Assembly: GCA_963745835.1 (NCBI GenBank)
Contig: CAVUZH010000013.1
Span: 832,001 to 896,000 of the forward strand
From: an uncultured delta proteobacterium
Lineage (GTDB): Bacteria > Desulfobacterota > Binatia > UBA9968
Direction: 5' to 3'
Length of the DNA: 64,000 nt
A program made the position numbers and the translations under genes. Below, in pieces: positions 25,792 to 37,058 of the stretch (positions within the stretch are counted from its first letter, which is position 1; every line of letters begins with the position of its first letter). The notes under the pieces were generated by a model. The model was not told where the DNA came from. It ran no database searches and worked only from the letters and a program-made list of their open reading frames with translations.

Positions 25792-25944
25792 TTAGACCTT
25801 GATCTCTCGATGAATTGTATGGGATCGACACGAAGCGCAAAATTTCTTAAAAGAAAGTTTATCGGTGGTTTTTTTCTTGTTCTTCGTCGAGGTGTAATTC
25901 TTTCGCTTACATTGGTCGCAAGCAAACCCTACGATATCCCGCAT
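25792..25944 (-). CDS. rpmG: 50S ribosomal protein L33, Zn-binding type (50 aa, not in the ORF track)
   Basis: Read by hand: MRDIVGFACDQCKRKNYTSTKNKKKTTDKLSFKKFCASCRSHTIHREIKV. Confidence 0.97.
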   Translation of the reverse strand: MRDIVGFACDQCKRKNYTSTKNKKKTTDKLSFKKFCASCRSHTIHREIKV

Positions 25945-25967
25945 GAGTGCGCCCCCCCTTGCCCAAG

Positions 25968-27159
25968 TTACTGGATGATCTTCGTGACAACTCCGGCGCC
26001 AACGGTCCGACCACCCTCTCGAATTGCAAACTTCAACCCGTCGTCCATAGCGACAGGAGTAATGAGCTCGATCTCCACATTGATGTTGTCGCCGGGCATA
26101 ACCATCTCTGTTCCTTCCGGCAGTTTCACGACACCGGTAACATCGGTTGTGCGGAAGTAGAATTGCGGCCGGTATCCGTTAAAAAACGGCGTGTGTCGAC
26201 CACCTTCTTCTTTCGTTAGAACATAAGCCTCGGCATTAAACTTTGTGTGCGGGGTTATGCTCGCGGGCTTGGCCAAAACCTGACCTCGCTCAACCTCTTC
26301 ACGCTTGGTGCCACGTAGCAACACCCCAATATTATCGCCGGCCCGGCCTTCGTCCAGAAGCTTGCGGAACATTTCGATCCCGGTCGCTACCGTTTTTTGC
26401 GTCGGCTTAAATCCGACAATTTCAATTTCTTCTCCGACCTTGACGACGCCGCGCTCGACTCGGCCGGTTACAACTGTGCCTCGACCGCTGATTGTGAAAA
26501 CGTCCTCAACCGGCATGATAAATGGCTTGTCGACGTCTCTGGTGGGCTCTTTGATGAAAGAATCAACAGCTTCCATGAGCTTTATGATAGACCCTTCACC
26601 TATGTCGGAGGCGTCTCCCTCTAAAGCCTTTAGAGCACTACCGATCACTATCGGAACTTCGTCGCCCGGGAAATTTATACTTCGAGAGCAGCTCTCGAAC
26701 TTCGAGCTCTACCAGTTCTAGCAATTCCTTGTCGTCAACCATGTCCGCTTTGTTAAGGTAAACAACTATACCAGGAACACCGACTTGGCGCGCTAGCAGG
26801 ATATGCTCGCGGGTTTGCGGCATGGGGCCGTCGGCGGCTGAAACCACCAGGATCGCTCCATCCATCTGCGCCGCTCCAGTGATCATATTTTTCACGTAGT
26901 CGGCGTGTCCAGGGCAGTCGACATGTGCATAATGACGCTTGTCAGTCTCATACTCCACGTGAGCAATATTAATCGTAACGCCTCTTTCTCTTTCTTCCGG
27001 CGCCTTATCGATTTGATCATAGGCGAGAAACTGCGCTTTGCCCTGCTTGGAGAGAACCTTCGTGATGGCCGCAGTTAAAGTAGTTTTACCGTGGTCTACG
27101 TGACCGATGGTTCCGATATTAAGGTGCGGCTTTTTGCGCTCAAACTTTTGCTTGCTCAT
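25968..27159 (-). CDS. tuf: Elongation factor Tu with one extra base near 26665-26676 (probable sequencing error)
   Basis: [18 protein letters not shown] in the first frame; domains II/III in the second; span 1192 nt = 397 codons + 1. Confidence 0.96.
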
Positions 27160-27222
27160 CTCTTCCTCCTGATTGATTTGCCAATCAATTGACTTTATCG
27201 TGCTCGAAAATAAACGGCACCA

Positions 27223-27295
27223 AGCCCAGGAGCGGGATCGAACCGCTGACCTCGTCCTTACCAAGGACGTGCTCTACCGACTGAGCTACCTGGGC
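27223..27295 (-). tRNA. tRNA-Thr(GGT), CCA not encoded
   Basis: GCCCAGG acceptor, GTCC-TTGGTAA-GGAC anticodon arm, GGTTCGATCCC. Confidence 0.96.
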
Positions 27296-27375
27296 AAATC
27301 AGTCGATTACTCTTGGCTGATGGCCTAATTTAAATGATCGGACCACTGCTATTTTGCCACCGGCCATATGCGAAT

Positions 27376-27451
27376 TGGAGCGGGAAACGGGACTCGAACC
27401 CGCGACCCCGAGCTTGGAAGGCTCGCGCTCTACCAACTGAGCTATTCCCGC
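27376..27451 (-). tRNA. tRNA-Gly(TCC)
   Basis: GCGGGAATAGCTCAG...CTTCCAA...GGTTCGAGTCCC...TCCA. Confidence 0.97.
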
Positions 27452-27457
27452 CAAAAA

Positions 27458-27542
<85 letters not shown>

Positions 27543-27628
27543 GATTATCAGCAGTATGTTTGCCGCAATCCCACTGCGACTCCCGAACAGCAAATCCTCG
27601 CCGCCAGGTTAACATCGGAATGCTTGGC

Positions 27629-27703
27629 TGGAGCTGGCGATAGGACTTGAACCTACAACCTGCTGATTACAAATCAGCTGCTCTGCCGTTGAGCTACGCC
27701 AGC
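27629..27703 (-). tRNA. tRNA-Thr(TGT)
   Basis: GCTGA-TTTGTAA-TCAGC, GGTTCAAGTCC, CCA end. Confidence 0.97.
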
Positions 27704-27932
27704 GTCGCAGTGATCGGTCCATACCAATAAGATGATGCATCAAACGGCTACATCATAACGGCAACGACCGCTTCAGCTCAATTTAGTTAACAAGATATTG
27801 GTAGTAAGTTCTTGAAACGCAACGGACAACGACGGCAAAGAGGTCATACCACTTCCGCAAACGGGTATTTAAACCATCTTCGATCTATGATGTCAACAGG
27901 CTGGCCATAGGTCCCGCGCCACCAAACTCCTA

Positions 27933-28694
27933 TTATCTGTCGGGTTTACCCTTGTCAATGCCGCTGTGCTGCCGCGACACCTCATACAACAAGATGGCGG
28001 CGGCAACTGAAACATTGAGACTCGAAATCTTTCCTTTCATCGGAATGCGCACGAGATAGTCGCATTGCTTAGCAATCAAAGGACGAAGACCCCGGCCCTC
28101 GCTACCTAGAACGATTCCGAGCTTCTTCGGGTACTCTTTACTGTCATAAGTCTCCGTAGCGTTTGCATCTAAGCCAACGATCCAGAATCCTGAGCTTTTT
28201 AGTGACATTAAGGCGCGACGCAGATTCGTCAACCGATAGATCCGCAAGTGATTAACAGCTCCTGCGGAGGCCTTGAGAACTACTGGCGTTATCCGCACAG
28301 AGCGATCCTTAGGGATGATGATATCGCCGGCGCCTACAGCTTCGGCGGTGCGCAGAATTGCTCCGAAATTTCTCGGATCAGTAATGCCATCCAGTATCAG
28401 AACCGTCTGAGAGCATGCCTCAGAGGTGGTACTTTCTAATTCCGAGAAAGGGGCGTACGAATACGCCCGGACTCGCGCTAGAGCTCCTTGATGATTTTGC
28501 CCGTGCGCCAAATAATCGAGCTCTTTAGCATCTACGAACTGTATCTCTATCTGAAGTTTTCGCGCGTCCGTTTCCAGTGATTTAAGAATTGGTCGTAGCG
28601 GGCCGCGAGCAAGTAGGATCTTGGAGATCTCTTCCGGCGCAGCCCTGAGCTTCTCTAGAATAGGATTGACACCGAATATTAGATCCTGCTCCAT
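27933..28694 (-). CDS. rlmB: 23S rRNA Gm2251 methyltransferase (TrmH/SpoU family)
   Basis: NHQG, DPRNFGAILR, GSEGRG, SLNVSVA. Confidence 0.92.
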   Translation of the reverse strand: MEQDLIFGVNPILEKLRAAPEEISKILLARGPLRPILKSLETDARKLQIEIQFVDAKELDYLAHGQNHQGALARVRAYSYAPFSELESTTSEACSQTVLILDGITDPRNFGAILRTAEAVGAGDIIIPKDRSVRITPVVLKASAGAVNHLRIYRLTNLRRALMSLKSSGFWIVGLDANATETYDSKEYPKKLGIVLGSEGRGLRPLIAKQCDYLVRIPMKGKISSLNVSVAAAILLYEVSRQHSGIDKGKPDR

Positions 28695-28759
28695 ATCGTT
28701 CTAGTAGAAGCGGGCCTATCGTTTACAACAAAAGAATCACCGGTTAACATGAAAAGGTT

Positions 28760-29950
28760 GTGAAGCGCAGAACTCTTAGTTGTTATCTTCTTTCGGAAAT
28801 TCTCCCGCCTTTCTTGCTCGGGCTACTCACTTTCACTTTCATTCTTCTGATCGCAAGAATCTTAAAGTTGGTCGAACTTATCGTAACTCGTGGCATACCC
28901 CTGACCCAAGTCGGAAGACTACTTGTCTTGATTCTGCCAACGTTCTTGGAATTAACGCTTCCAATGGCGTTTCTTTTGGCCATTCTCTTGGGGCTCGGCA
29001 GACTATCAGGCGATCAGGAGCTTCTCGCCCTGAAATCATCCGGAGTAAGTCCGGTGCAGATTCTGCTACCCCTTATTTTTATGGCGGCGAGTGTCGCCAT
29101 CATTACCTTTCTCCTGACAACCTGGGTGAGACCGGCGGCGCAAGTGGCTCTTAAAGACGAACTTTACAACATCGCTAAGACTCGCGTCGGGACAGTCCTT
29201 AGGGAGAAGGTATTCAACGATGACTTTCCAAACATATTGATCTATGTCGAAGAGATAATACCTCCTGGCAATGTTGGGCAAGGCATTCTAATCATCGACA
29301 AACGCGAGACCGCGAAGGACAATATCATCGTGGGCAAGGTCGGCCTGATCAACACCGAGGAACAGACCCATACGCTCTCATTGAGATTGTTCGATGGCTC
29401 CATCTATGAACGAGATCGAACACGCTCAGACTTCAGCCAAACTAACTTCAACATCTATGATTTCAAGCTCGATTTGGACGAGTTCATCGGACCCGTAAAA
29501 ATGAAAGATGCCGGACCGAAGGAGATGTCTTTAAATCGTCTGCTTAAAACCATCGAGGAAAAGCAAGATGCCGGCATAAACGCCAGACCTGAACTGATGG
29601 AGCTTCATCAACGGATTGCGTTCTCCTTTGCGCCTATCGTGTTCTGTCTGCTAGGTGTCTCTCTATCGCTTCTACCGCGCACATCACGGGCCAATAGATC
29701 GTGGGGAGTGGCTTTATGCGTCGGCTGGCTCGTGGTCTATTATGCTCTGCTTTCCCTGGGAAAGGCATTGGGAGAGAGGGGTGCTTTTCACCCGTTCGTC
29801 GCCTTGTGGTTTCCAAACATCGTAATCGGTGTCATTTCATTTCATCTATTCCGGAAGGCGCTTTACGAATCTCCATTACTGTTGCAGACCAGGTTCGACG
29901 CCGCATCTCTGTGGCTCGGGCAGAGACTGACGAAATTCGAAAACCGCTGA
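28760..29950 (+). CDS. lptF: LPS export ABC permease LptF
   Basis: YjgP/Q architecture, RLSGDQELLALKSSGVS, ELHQR, WFPN. Confidence 0.9.
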   Translation: MKRRTLSCYLLSEILPPFLLGLLTFTFILLIARILKLVELIVTRGIPLTQVGRLLVLILPTFLELTLPMAFLLAILLGLGRLSGDQELLALKSSGVSPVQILLPLIFMAASVAIITFLLTTWVRPAAQVALKDELYNIAKTRVGTVLREKVFNDDFPNILIYVEEIIPPGNVGQGILIIDKRETAKDNIIVGKVGLINTEEQTHTLSLRLFDGSIYERDRTRSDFSQTNFNIYDFKLDLDEFIGPVKMKDAGPKEMSLNRLLKTIEEKQDAGINARPELMELHQRIAFSFAPIVFCLLGVSLSLLPRTSRANRSWGVALCVGWLVVYYALLSLGKALGERGAFHPFVALWFPNIVIGVISFHLFRKALYESPLLLQTRFDAASLWLGQRLTKFENR

Positions 29951-29957
29951 TAGAACC

Positions 29958-31070
29958 ATGCCACAGAAGCCGCGATTTGCCCTTTTACCGTTTGGCAGCA
30001 TCGTTGATCGCTATATCGCCAGCGGCTTTGTCCGGGTATTTGTCGCCAGTTTGCTTTGTTTCACTGCGATCTTTGCCATCATCGAGTTTTTTGAGCGGAT
30101 CGGCACGTTAGTGGAATCTGGAATTTCCGTTACCACGGCACTTCGCTACGTCTTGTACAAGATTCCGTTATCAATATCTCGGGTGATCGGTTTTGCCACA
30201 TTATTTTCGACTCTCTTCTGCCTAGGAATGCTTTATAAAGCTCAGGAGATCACAGCCATGCAGGCTGCCGGTCTGAGCACCCGAAGATTGTCATTCCCGC
30301 TACTTTGTCTCTCGTTGTTAATCTGCATGACGAATTTCATCTGGAATGAAGGACTGGTACCGGCTTTTGCTCATCGTGCCGAGACTATCTATAAGACTGA
30401 GATTAAGAAGAGACAGCAACAGAGTTTATTCGGAACAAAAGATATCTGGATCCGTGGGGAAGGTGGCTTTGTCAATATAGATAACTTTGATCCGAGCAAC
30501 AATGTTCTGGAGGGAATCACGTTCTTTGTTCTAAGCCGCGACTTTACATTACAGTCTACGATTGGCGTTCCCAAAGCACAGTGGGTGAGAGAACAATGGG
30601 AATCACCAAGTGGCATCGAATGGCAGTTTCTATCGGACGGAAAGCTCAGGCAACGAATCGTGAGCACGCCGCCGACAATCTCTGAAACACCCGGCGACCT
30701 CATGTTACTCGCTCGGGATCCCGAAGAATTCACGTTCTTTGATCTGCAAAAACAAATACTCGAAATGAAGGCCAAAGGCATGGATGCCACAGCTTATGAG
30801 GTCGATTTACAGGTAAAGCTCGCAGTTCCATTTATTTCGCCCCTGATGGTTCTAATCGCCATTCCTCTCGCGTTAAAAAGACGCATTGGCAGTGGGTTAG
30901 CCATGAGTTTCGGCATCGCAATGCTGATCGCCTTCGGTTACTGGGTGCTTTCCGCCTTCTGCTTTTCCTTGGGACATAGCGGCGCCTTGCCGCCGACAAT
31001 CGCAGCGTGGTTGCCAAATTCGATCTCCGCGCTCCTAGGGATTTATCTTTTCACTGCTGAAGAATATTAG
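29958..31070 (+). CDS. lptG: LPS export ABC permease LptG
   Basis: EITAMQAAGLS, AWLPN; second YjgP/Q gene of the pair. Confidence 0.9.
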   Translation: MPQKPRFALLPFGSIVDRYIASGFVRVFVASLLCFTAIFAIIEFFERIGTLVESGISVTTALRYVLYKIPLSISRVIGFATLFSTLFCLGMLYKAQEITAMQAAGLSTRRLSFPLLCLSLLICMTNFIWNEGLVPAFAHRAETIYKTEIKKRQQQSLFGTKDIWIRGEGGFVNIDNFDPSNNVLEGITFFVLSRDFTLQSTIGVPKAQWVREQWESPSGIEWQFLSDGKLRQRIVSTPPTISETPGDLMLLARDPEEFTFFDLQKQILEMKAKGMDATAYEVDLQVKLAVPFISPLMVLIAIPLALKRRIGSGLAMSFGIAMLIAFGYWVLSAFCFSLGHSGALPPTIAAWLPNSISALLGIYLFTAEEY

Positions 31071-31139
31071 GGAAGAATACTGATATAGCCGCGTTGGGTC
31101 GTCCACTCCGCCGTAGAATCTCAAATTAACTGAATCCGG

Positions 31140-31179
31140 TCGAACGCTTTTGCGCCTTAAATCGCGCAAAAGCGTTCGA
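31140..31179. terminator. Perfect 16-bp hairpin between convergent lptG and rpsI
   Basis: TCGAACGCTTTTGCGC-CTTAAATC-GCGCAAAAGCGTTCGA; no long U tail. Confidence 0.6.
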
Positions 31180-31195
31180 AATTCGTTCTGAATCG

Positions 31196-31588
31196 CTAAC
31201 GCTTTGAGTACTGTGGTCGTTTTCGCGCCTTGTGTCGACCGTACTTTTTGCGCTCTACCCCGCGCGGATCACGCGTGACAAAACCGGCCTTTTTCAACGA
31301 CGATCTAAAATCCGGATTGAGCAACATGAGCGCTCGCGTAATGCCATGGCGAATGGCACCCGCTTGCCCTGAACTACCCCCTCCATCAACATTGACTTCG
31401 ACGTCATAATTACCGGTGGTCTGAGTTAACTCGAAAGGCTGCATGACAATCATGCGAGCAGTCTCCCGGCCAAAATACTCATTGAGCGTTCGATCATTGA
31501 TAGCGATGGAGCCCTTTCCCAGACGTAAAAAGACGCGAGCTACAGAGGTCTTTCGTCTCCCAGTTGCAGTGATCACTTTTTCTGCCAT
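31196..31588 (-). CDS. rpsI: 30S ribosomal protein S9 (start moved to ATG 31588)
   Basis: [23 protein letters not shown]...QYSKR. Confidence 0.99.
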   Translation of the reverse strand: MAEKVITATGRRKTSVARVFLRLGKGSIAINDRTLNEYFGRETARMIVMQPFELTQTTGNYDVEVNVDGGGSSGQAGAIRHGITRALMLLNPDFRSSLKKAGFVTRDPRGVERKKYGRHKARKRPQYSKR

Positions 31589-31598
31589 TTGATAACTC

Positions 31599-32024
31599 CT
31601 AAGCTCGGATCGCCAGCGGTTTTGGTTTTTGTGCTTCGTGAGGATGCTCGGCACCTGAATACACTTTGAGCTTGGCGGCCAATTTTCTACCCAAACGGTT
31701 TTTGGGCAACATTCCTTTAACAGCTAAGTGAATCAAATCCTCCGGTTTGTTCTCGAGAAGGTCCGCGGCCGTGCGGGAACGAATTCCTCCAGGATAATTG
31801 GTGTGACGATAATAGATCTTATCATCCAATTTGTGTCCCGAAAGCCTCACACCTTTAGCATTGATGACGATGACAAAATCGCCGGTGTCCGCGTTGGGAG
31901 TGAAAATCACCTTGTTCTTACCGCGCAGAACCCTGGCGATCTCGCTAGCCATGCGGCCCAAGATTTTTCCATCCGCATCAACGATGTACCACTCCCGTTG
32001 GGCAAGCGCTTCTTTGGTATTCAT
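31599..32024 (-). CDS. rplM: 50S ribosomal protein L13 (start 32024, alternative GTG 32054)
   Basis: WYIVDA, LRGKNK, GMLPKN, HPHEAQ. Confidence 0.97.
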   Translation of the reverse strand: MNTKEALAQREWYIVDADGKILGRMASEIARVLRGKNKVIFTPNADTGDFVIVINAKGVRLSGHKLDDKIYYRHTNYPGGIRSRTAADLLENKPEDLIHLAVKGMLPKNRLGRKLAAKLKVYSGAEHPHEAQKPKPLAIRA

Positions 32025-32066
32025 ACTCCTATCCTCGCAATATCTCTGTGCCACTTCGAGAAAAAA

Positions 32067-32143
<77 letters not shown>

Positions 32144-32160
32144 AAGTGATAAAATACGAT

Positions 32161-32235
32161 TGGTGGGCGGTACAGGATTTGAACCTGTGGCCCCCGGCTT
32201 GTAAGGCCGATGCTCTCCCGCTGAGCTAACCGCCC
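32161..32235 (-). tRNA. tRNA-Val(TAC)
   Basis: CGGC-CTTACAA-GCCG, CCA end. Confidence 0.97.
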
Positions 32236-32290
32236 TTCTCCAGATTACCTCTGGTGTATACACCAGCTCGGATTTGCACGATAGGGTGTT

Positions 32291-32563
32291 CTAGCTGAGG
32301 GCCTCTTTTAAGAGCTTACCGGCCTTGAATTTAGCGACCCTAGAAGGAGCAATCTCGATTGCTTCCCCGGTCTTCGGGTTTCTCCCGGTTCGCCCTTTAC
32401 GCTCCGAGATCGAAAAAGTCCCGAATCCGGAAACATTTATTTTATCCCCGTTCTTTAAAGCGACAACAATATCATCAAGAAATCCATTGACAATTTCTTC
32501 TGCTTTCTGTCGGGGCATCTCAGCGCGTCTTGCTAATGAATCGATTAAGTCTGCCTTGGTCAT
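32291..32563 (-). CDS. HU family DNA-binding protein (start ATG 32563)
   Basis: MTKADLI, GFGTF, GRNPKTGE, FKAGK. Confidence 0.95.
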   Translation of the reverse strand: MTKADLIDSLARRAEMPRQKAEEIVNGFLDDIVVALKNGDKINVSGFGTFSISERKGRTGRNPKTGEAIEIAPSRVAKFKAGKLLKEALS

Positions 32564-32669
32564 TACTCTTCCATTCAAGCAAATCTGTCTAATCAGACGT
32601 TGCGAGTTTATAACAGTCGGCCAACCGAGTGTCAAATCACACGGCTGGCCGAAGTATCGGAACAATTAT

Positions 32670-35138
32670 TTACTGAGGAAGAATCTCAGCGGGAGCGTTA
32701 TCCTCGATCTTTTCCCCGAACGGAGTTGGCCCCTCTTTCGATTCGATCGTTACCGGCGGGCGCTTGAAAAGATTTTCTGGATTGTCAATGACTAACGCCT
32801 TCTTCAGCACGTCATCCATGTGAGCGACCAATTCAAGCTCCACAGTCTTCAAAACCGCAGCGGGAATCTCCTCTATGTCTTTCTCGTTTTCGGCAGGTAT
32901 TAACACTTTCTTGATTCCTGCCCGATGCGCAGCCAATACCTTTTCCTTGAGCCCGCCAATCGGCAGGATGGTGCCACGCAGAGTAATTTCGCCGGTCATG
33001 GCAAGATCATTTCGCACTGCAACTGTCGTCAGTGCCGAGACTAGCGAGGTCGCCATCGTTATCCCAGCCGAAGGCCCATCTTTAGGGATAGCTCCTTCCG
33101 GAACGTGAATGTGAACATCGATTTTTTGATAGAAGTCTTTGTCCAACCCAAGCTCCGTCGCTCGAGACCGCACGTAGCTCATGGCAGCCTGCGCGGACTC
33201 TTGCATGACGTCGCCCAGTTTTCCGGTGATGATCAGCTGACCTTTTCCTGGCATAACGGTCACTTCGGTTGCCAGCAATTCACCGCCAAGTTCAGTCCAC
33301 GCCAAACCGGTCGTTACTCCGACCTTCTGCTCATCTTCAGCCTTGCCGTAACGGTACTTCACGGGTCCCAAATATTTATGGAGGCTCTTTGTCCCAACCT
33401 GCATATGGGTATTACGATCTTTCTTGACTACCTCAACGGCAACCTTTCGGCAGATCGCTGCGATCTCTCGCTCAAGGCTTCTTACCCCGGCTTCTTTGGT
33501 GTAGTGCCGAATGACTCCCAGTAAAGCATTATCGGTAAACGTGACGTTTTCGGGAGTGAGTCCATTGGCTTCTTTCTGCTTCTCCAAAAGATACCGCTTA
33601 GCAATACTGAGCTTCTCGAGTTCCGTATAACCAGCGATTCGAATAATCTCCATGCGGTCCTGCAGTGGCCGTGGAATACGATCAAGAGTATTTGCCGTCG
33701 TAATAAACATCACCTTGGACAAGTCATAATCCAAGTCGAGGTAGTGATCATTAAACGCGGTATTCTGCTCGGGGTCTAAGACCTCGAGCAATGCAGATGA
33801 TGGATCACCTCGGAAATCAGTCGACATCTTGTCGATCTCATCCATCAAAAACACAGGGTTGCTGGACCCCGCTTTTTTCATCGACTGGACAATTTTTCCA
33901 GGCAAGGCGCCAATGTATGTGCGGCGATGGCCGCGGATTTCCGCCTCGTCCCGCACGCCTCCCAAAGACACTCGAACAAATTTTCTCCCGGTTGCGCGCG
34001 CGATCGAACGTCCCAATGAAGTTTTTCCAACTCCGGGAGGCCCGACTAGACACAGAATTGGCCCCTTGATCTTACCCACGAGACTTTGCACCGCAAGATA
34101 TTCGAGAATTCTCTCCTTTACCTTTTCGAGGCCATAATGATCTTCTTCCAAAACCCGTTCCGCTTCGGTGATATCAAGCTTATCATCGGTAAATTCATTC
34201 CAGGGCAAGCTCAAGATCCAGTCGATGTAGTTCCTGACCACTGTCGCTTCCGCTGACATCGGTGACATCATCTTCAGCTTCTTAAGCTCCTTATCAATCT
34301 TCTCGCGAGCTTCCGCGGACAGCTTTTTCTGCTTGATTTTCTCCTCGATTTCTTGGATTTCGTTTTTGAACTCGTCCTTCTCACCAAGTTCTTTTTGAAT
34401 CGCGCGCATTTGCTCGTTCAGATAATATTCTTTTTGTGAACGCTCCATCTGCTTCTTGACACGCGAGCGAATACGACGCTCGACCTCAAGTATTTCGATT
34501 TCCGCACGCATATGCCCTAACACCTTCTCCAGGCGTTCGGCCGCATTGAAAGTTTCGAGCAGATTTTGGCGGTCTTCTAACTTGATTCCCAAATGAGCCA
34601 CAATGGTATCCGCTAGTCGTCCCGGATCATCGATCGAGGATACCGACATCACCATCTCGGGAGGAATCTTCTTCTTGAGCTTGACGTAATTCTCAAACGT
34701 GGTGTGAACCTCGCGCGTCAAAGCCTCCACTTCAGTATTCCGCTCGTTAACTTCCGGAGCTTCCTCTACGTCTACTAAGAAAAACTCAGGATTATTTACA
34801 AACCGCGCGATCTGAGCGCGCCTTTTTCCTTCAATCAAAACTTTGACCGTGCCGTCCGGAAGTTTTAGCATCTGGACAACAGTGCCTAACGTGCCAATTT
34901 TATAAATGTCGTCCTCGGCCGGTTCGTTCGTCTTTGCATCCTTCTGCGAGGACAAGAAAATTGGCCCTTGTTTTTGCGTAGCTTCTTCCAATGCTCGAAT
35001 AGAACGTTGGCGGCCGACGAAAAGCGGCACGACCATATGTGGGAAGACAATAATGTCCCTCAAAGGTAGCAACGGGACGCGGGTGGAGCCACCCGACTCT
35101 TTTTCCTTTTCGTCCTTTTTATCACTGCGAAACAACAT
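32670..35138 (-). CDS. lon: Lon protease
   Basis: LPLRD N-domain, [17 protein letters not shown]. Confidence 0.99.
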   Translation of the reverse strand: MLFRSDKKDEKEKESGGSTRVPLLPLRDIIVFPHMVVPLFVGRQRSIRALEEATQKQGPIFLSSQKDAKTNEPAEDDIYKIGTLGTVVQMLKLPDGTVKVLIEGKRRAQIARFVNNPEFFLVDVEEAPEVNERNTEVEALTREVHTTFENYVKLKKKIPPEMVMSVSSIDDPGRLADTIVAHLGIKLEDRQNLLETFNAAERLEKVLGHMRAEIEILEVERRIRSRVKKQMERSQKEYYLNEQMRAIQKELGEKDEFKNEIQEIEEKIKQKKLSAEAREKIDKELKKLKMMSPMSAEATVVRNYIDWILSLPWNEFTDDKLDITEAERVLEEDHYGLEKVKERILEYLAVQSLVGKIKGPILCLVGPPGVGKTSLGRSIARATGRKFVRVSLGGVRDEAEIRGHRRTYIGALPGKIVQSMKKAGSSNPVFLMDEIDKMSTDFRGDPSSALLEVLDPEQNTAFNDHYLDLDYDLSKVMFITTANTLDRIPRPLQDRMEIIRIAGYTELEKLSIAKRYLLEKQKEANGLTPENVTFTDNALLGVIRHYTKEAGVRSLEREIAAICRKVAVEVVKKDRNTHMQVGTKSLHKYLGPVKYRYGKAEDEQKVGVTTGLAWTELGGELLATEVTVMPGKGQLIITGKLGDVMQESAQAAMSYVRSRATELGLDKDFYQKIDVHIHVPEGAIPKDGPSAGITMATSLVSALTTVAVRNDLAMTGEITLRGTILPIGGLKEKVLAAHRAGIKKVLIPAENEKDIEEIPAAVLKTVELELVAHMDDVLKKALVIDNPENLFKRPPVTIESKEGPTPFGEKIEDNAPAEILPQ

Positions 35139-35150
35139 ACGTTTCCCTTC

Positions 35151-36404
35151 CTAAGCGCTTTCCGCCGCTTTGGTGTACACAACAATAGGAGGTTCGTTTT
35201 TGTTGACCACTTCTTCGGAAATCACGACCTCCTTGATGTTGGGCTGCGAGGGCATGTCATACATAATATCGAGCATAATATTTTCCATGATTGCTCTTAG
35301 CCCTCGCGCGCCGGATTTACGTTTCATCGCGTCCCGTGCGATCGATCTAAGTGCCTCTTCCGTGAATTTAAGATGCACGCTTTCCATTTCGAAAAGCTTG
35401 GAATACTGTTTTGTCAGCGCGTTCTTTGGTTCCTTTAGTATACGCACTAGGGCGAATTCATCCAGTTCGTCCAAGGTAGCTATGACGGGCAATCTCCCAA
35501 TAAATTCTGGAATCAATCCGAACTTAAGCAGATCCTCCGGCCGCGTTTCATGCAACAGCTCAGTGGGCCGTTTGCCATCTTGTTCATCGAGATGGCCGCC
35601 GAAGCCCATGCGTTTTTTCCCAGTCCGCTTACGGATGATATCTTCAAGACCGACGAAAGCGCCGCCACAGATAAACAAAATGTTCGTCGTGTCTACCTGT
35701 AAAAACTCCTGCTGCGGATGCTTTCTGCCGCCTTTTGGTGGAACGCTCGCCATGGTTCCTTCGATGATCTTCAGCAGAGCCTGTTGCACCCCCTCGCCGG
35801 AGACATCGCGGGTAATCGACGGATTGTCCGATTTTCGAGAAATCTTGTCGATCTCGTCAATATATACGATTCCCCGCTGAGCCTTTTCAACGTCATAGTC
35901 CGCCGCTTGCAGCAGGTTAAGGATTATATTTTCTACATCTTCGCCAACGTACCCCGCCTCCGTGAGACTGGTTGCATCAGCTATGGTGAAGGGCACTTGC
36001 AGAAAGCGTGCAAGAGTCTGCGCCAAGAGGGTCTTTCCGGAACCGGTAGGCCCAAGCAGTAGGATATTACTCTTCTGCAATTCAACATCGCCCGTTACCA
36101 TCTGGCTGTCAATGCGTTTATAATGGTTATGGACCGCGACGGCGAGAATCCTTTTCGCTCGCTCCTGGCCGATCACATACTGATCTAGAACTCTTTTGAT
36201 TTCAGCTGGCTTTGGAACGTTAGATGAGGCCGTAAGAGTTTCATCGTGATCGCACTCTTCGGCAATGATGTCGTTGCATAAATCGATGCATTCGTCGCAG
36301 ATGTATACGGTCGGTCCAGCAATCAACTTGCGAACCTCGTCTTGACTCTTTCCGCAGAAAGAGCAAACGAGATTCCCGGATCGATCATCCCCGTGCTTTG
36401 GCAT
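35151..36404 (-). CDS. clpX: ClpX ATPase
   Basis: CSFCGK Zn domain, [18 protein letters not shown]. Confidence 0.99.
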   Translation of the reverse strand: MPKHGDDRSGNLVCSFCGKSQDEVRKLIAGPTVYICDECIDLCNDIIAEECDHDETLTASSNVPKPAEIKRVLDQYVIGQERAKRILAVAVHNHYKRIDSQMVTGDVELQKSNILLLGPTGSGKTLLAQTLARFLQVPFTIADATSLTEAGYVGEDVENIILNLLQAADYDVEKAQRGIVYIDEIDKISRKSDNPSITRDVSGEGVQQALLKIIEGTMASVPPKGGRKHPQQEFLQVDTTNILFICGGAFVGLEDIIRKRTGKKRMGFGGHLDEQDGKRPTELLHETRPEDLLKFGLIPEFIGRLPVIATLDELDEFALVRILKEPKNALTKQYSKLFEMESVHLKFTEEALRSIARDAMKRKSGARGLRAIMENIMLDIMYDMPSQPNIKEVVISEEVVNKNEPPIVVYTKAAESA

Positions 36405-36425
36405 AGAACCCCCGCTTCATTTGAA

Positions 36426-37028
36426 TCACTTTTTCAAAATGCCTTCAGGTCGAGCCGCGATCACCTCGTCAACCAAACCGTATTCCTGCGCCTGCTTACC
36501 TGACATGAACATGTCCCGATCGGTATCCTTCTCGATCTTCTTTAAGCTTTGCCCGGTGTGTTTCATGAGGATGTTATTCAACTCTTCACGCATTCTAAGA
36601 ATCTCGCGCGCTTGAATATCAATATCCGCCGCCTGCCCCTGGAATCCACCCAGCGGCTGGTGAATCATAATCCGCGCATGGGGCAGCGCATACCGTTTGG
36701 TTTTACTGCCGGCGGCAAGGAGCACGGCGCCCATGCTCGCAGCCTGCCCGACACAAACCGTGGAGATCTGTGGTCGGACGTACTGCATCGTATCATAGAT
36801 CGCTAATCCTGCAGTCACAGATCCGCCCGGAGAATTGATGTAGAAGAAAATATCGCGTTCAGGATCTTCCGATTCGAGAAAGAGGAACTGAGCGGTAATC
36901 AGATTCGCCACATCATCGGTCACAACGGACCCCAAAAACACAATGCGATCCTTAAGCAAGCGAGAATAAATGTCATAGGCTCTCTCGCCGCGGCCGGTTT
37001 GCTCGACGACCATGGGAATAAAATTCAT
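36426..37028 (-). CDS. clpP: ClpP peptidase (start ATG 37028)
   Basis: [25 protein letters not shown]. Confidence 0.99.
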   Translation of the reverse strand: MNFIPMVVEQTGRGERAYDIYSRLLKDRIVFLGSVVTDDVANLITAQFLFLESEDPERDIFFYINSPGGSVTAGLAIYDTMQYVRPQISTVCVGQAASMGAVLLAAGSKTKRYALPHARIMIHQPLGGFQGQAADIDIQAREILRMREELNNILMKHTGQSLKKIEKDTDRDMFMSGKQAQEYGLVDEVIAARPEGILKK

Positions 37029-37058
37029 CCTGGCAAACTCCTTTATTACCAAGGCATT

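Noticed and set aside
26638-26680. Programmed frameshift or split EF-Tu as established biology
   Set aside because: No supporting stimulator was identified and the assembly shows other indel errors; kept only as a low-interest check.
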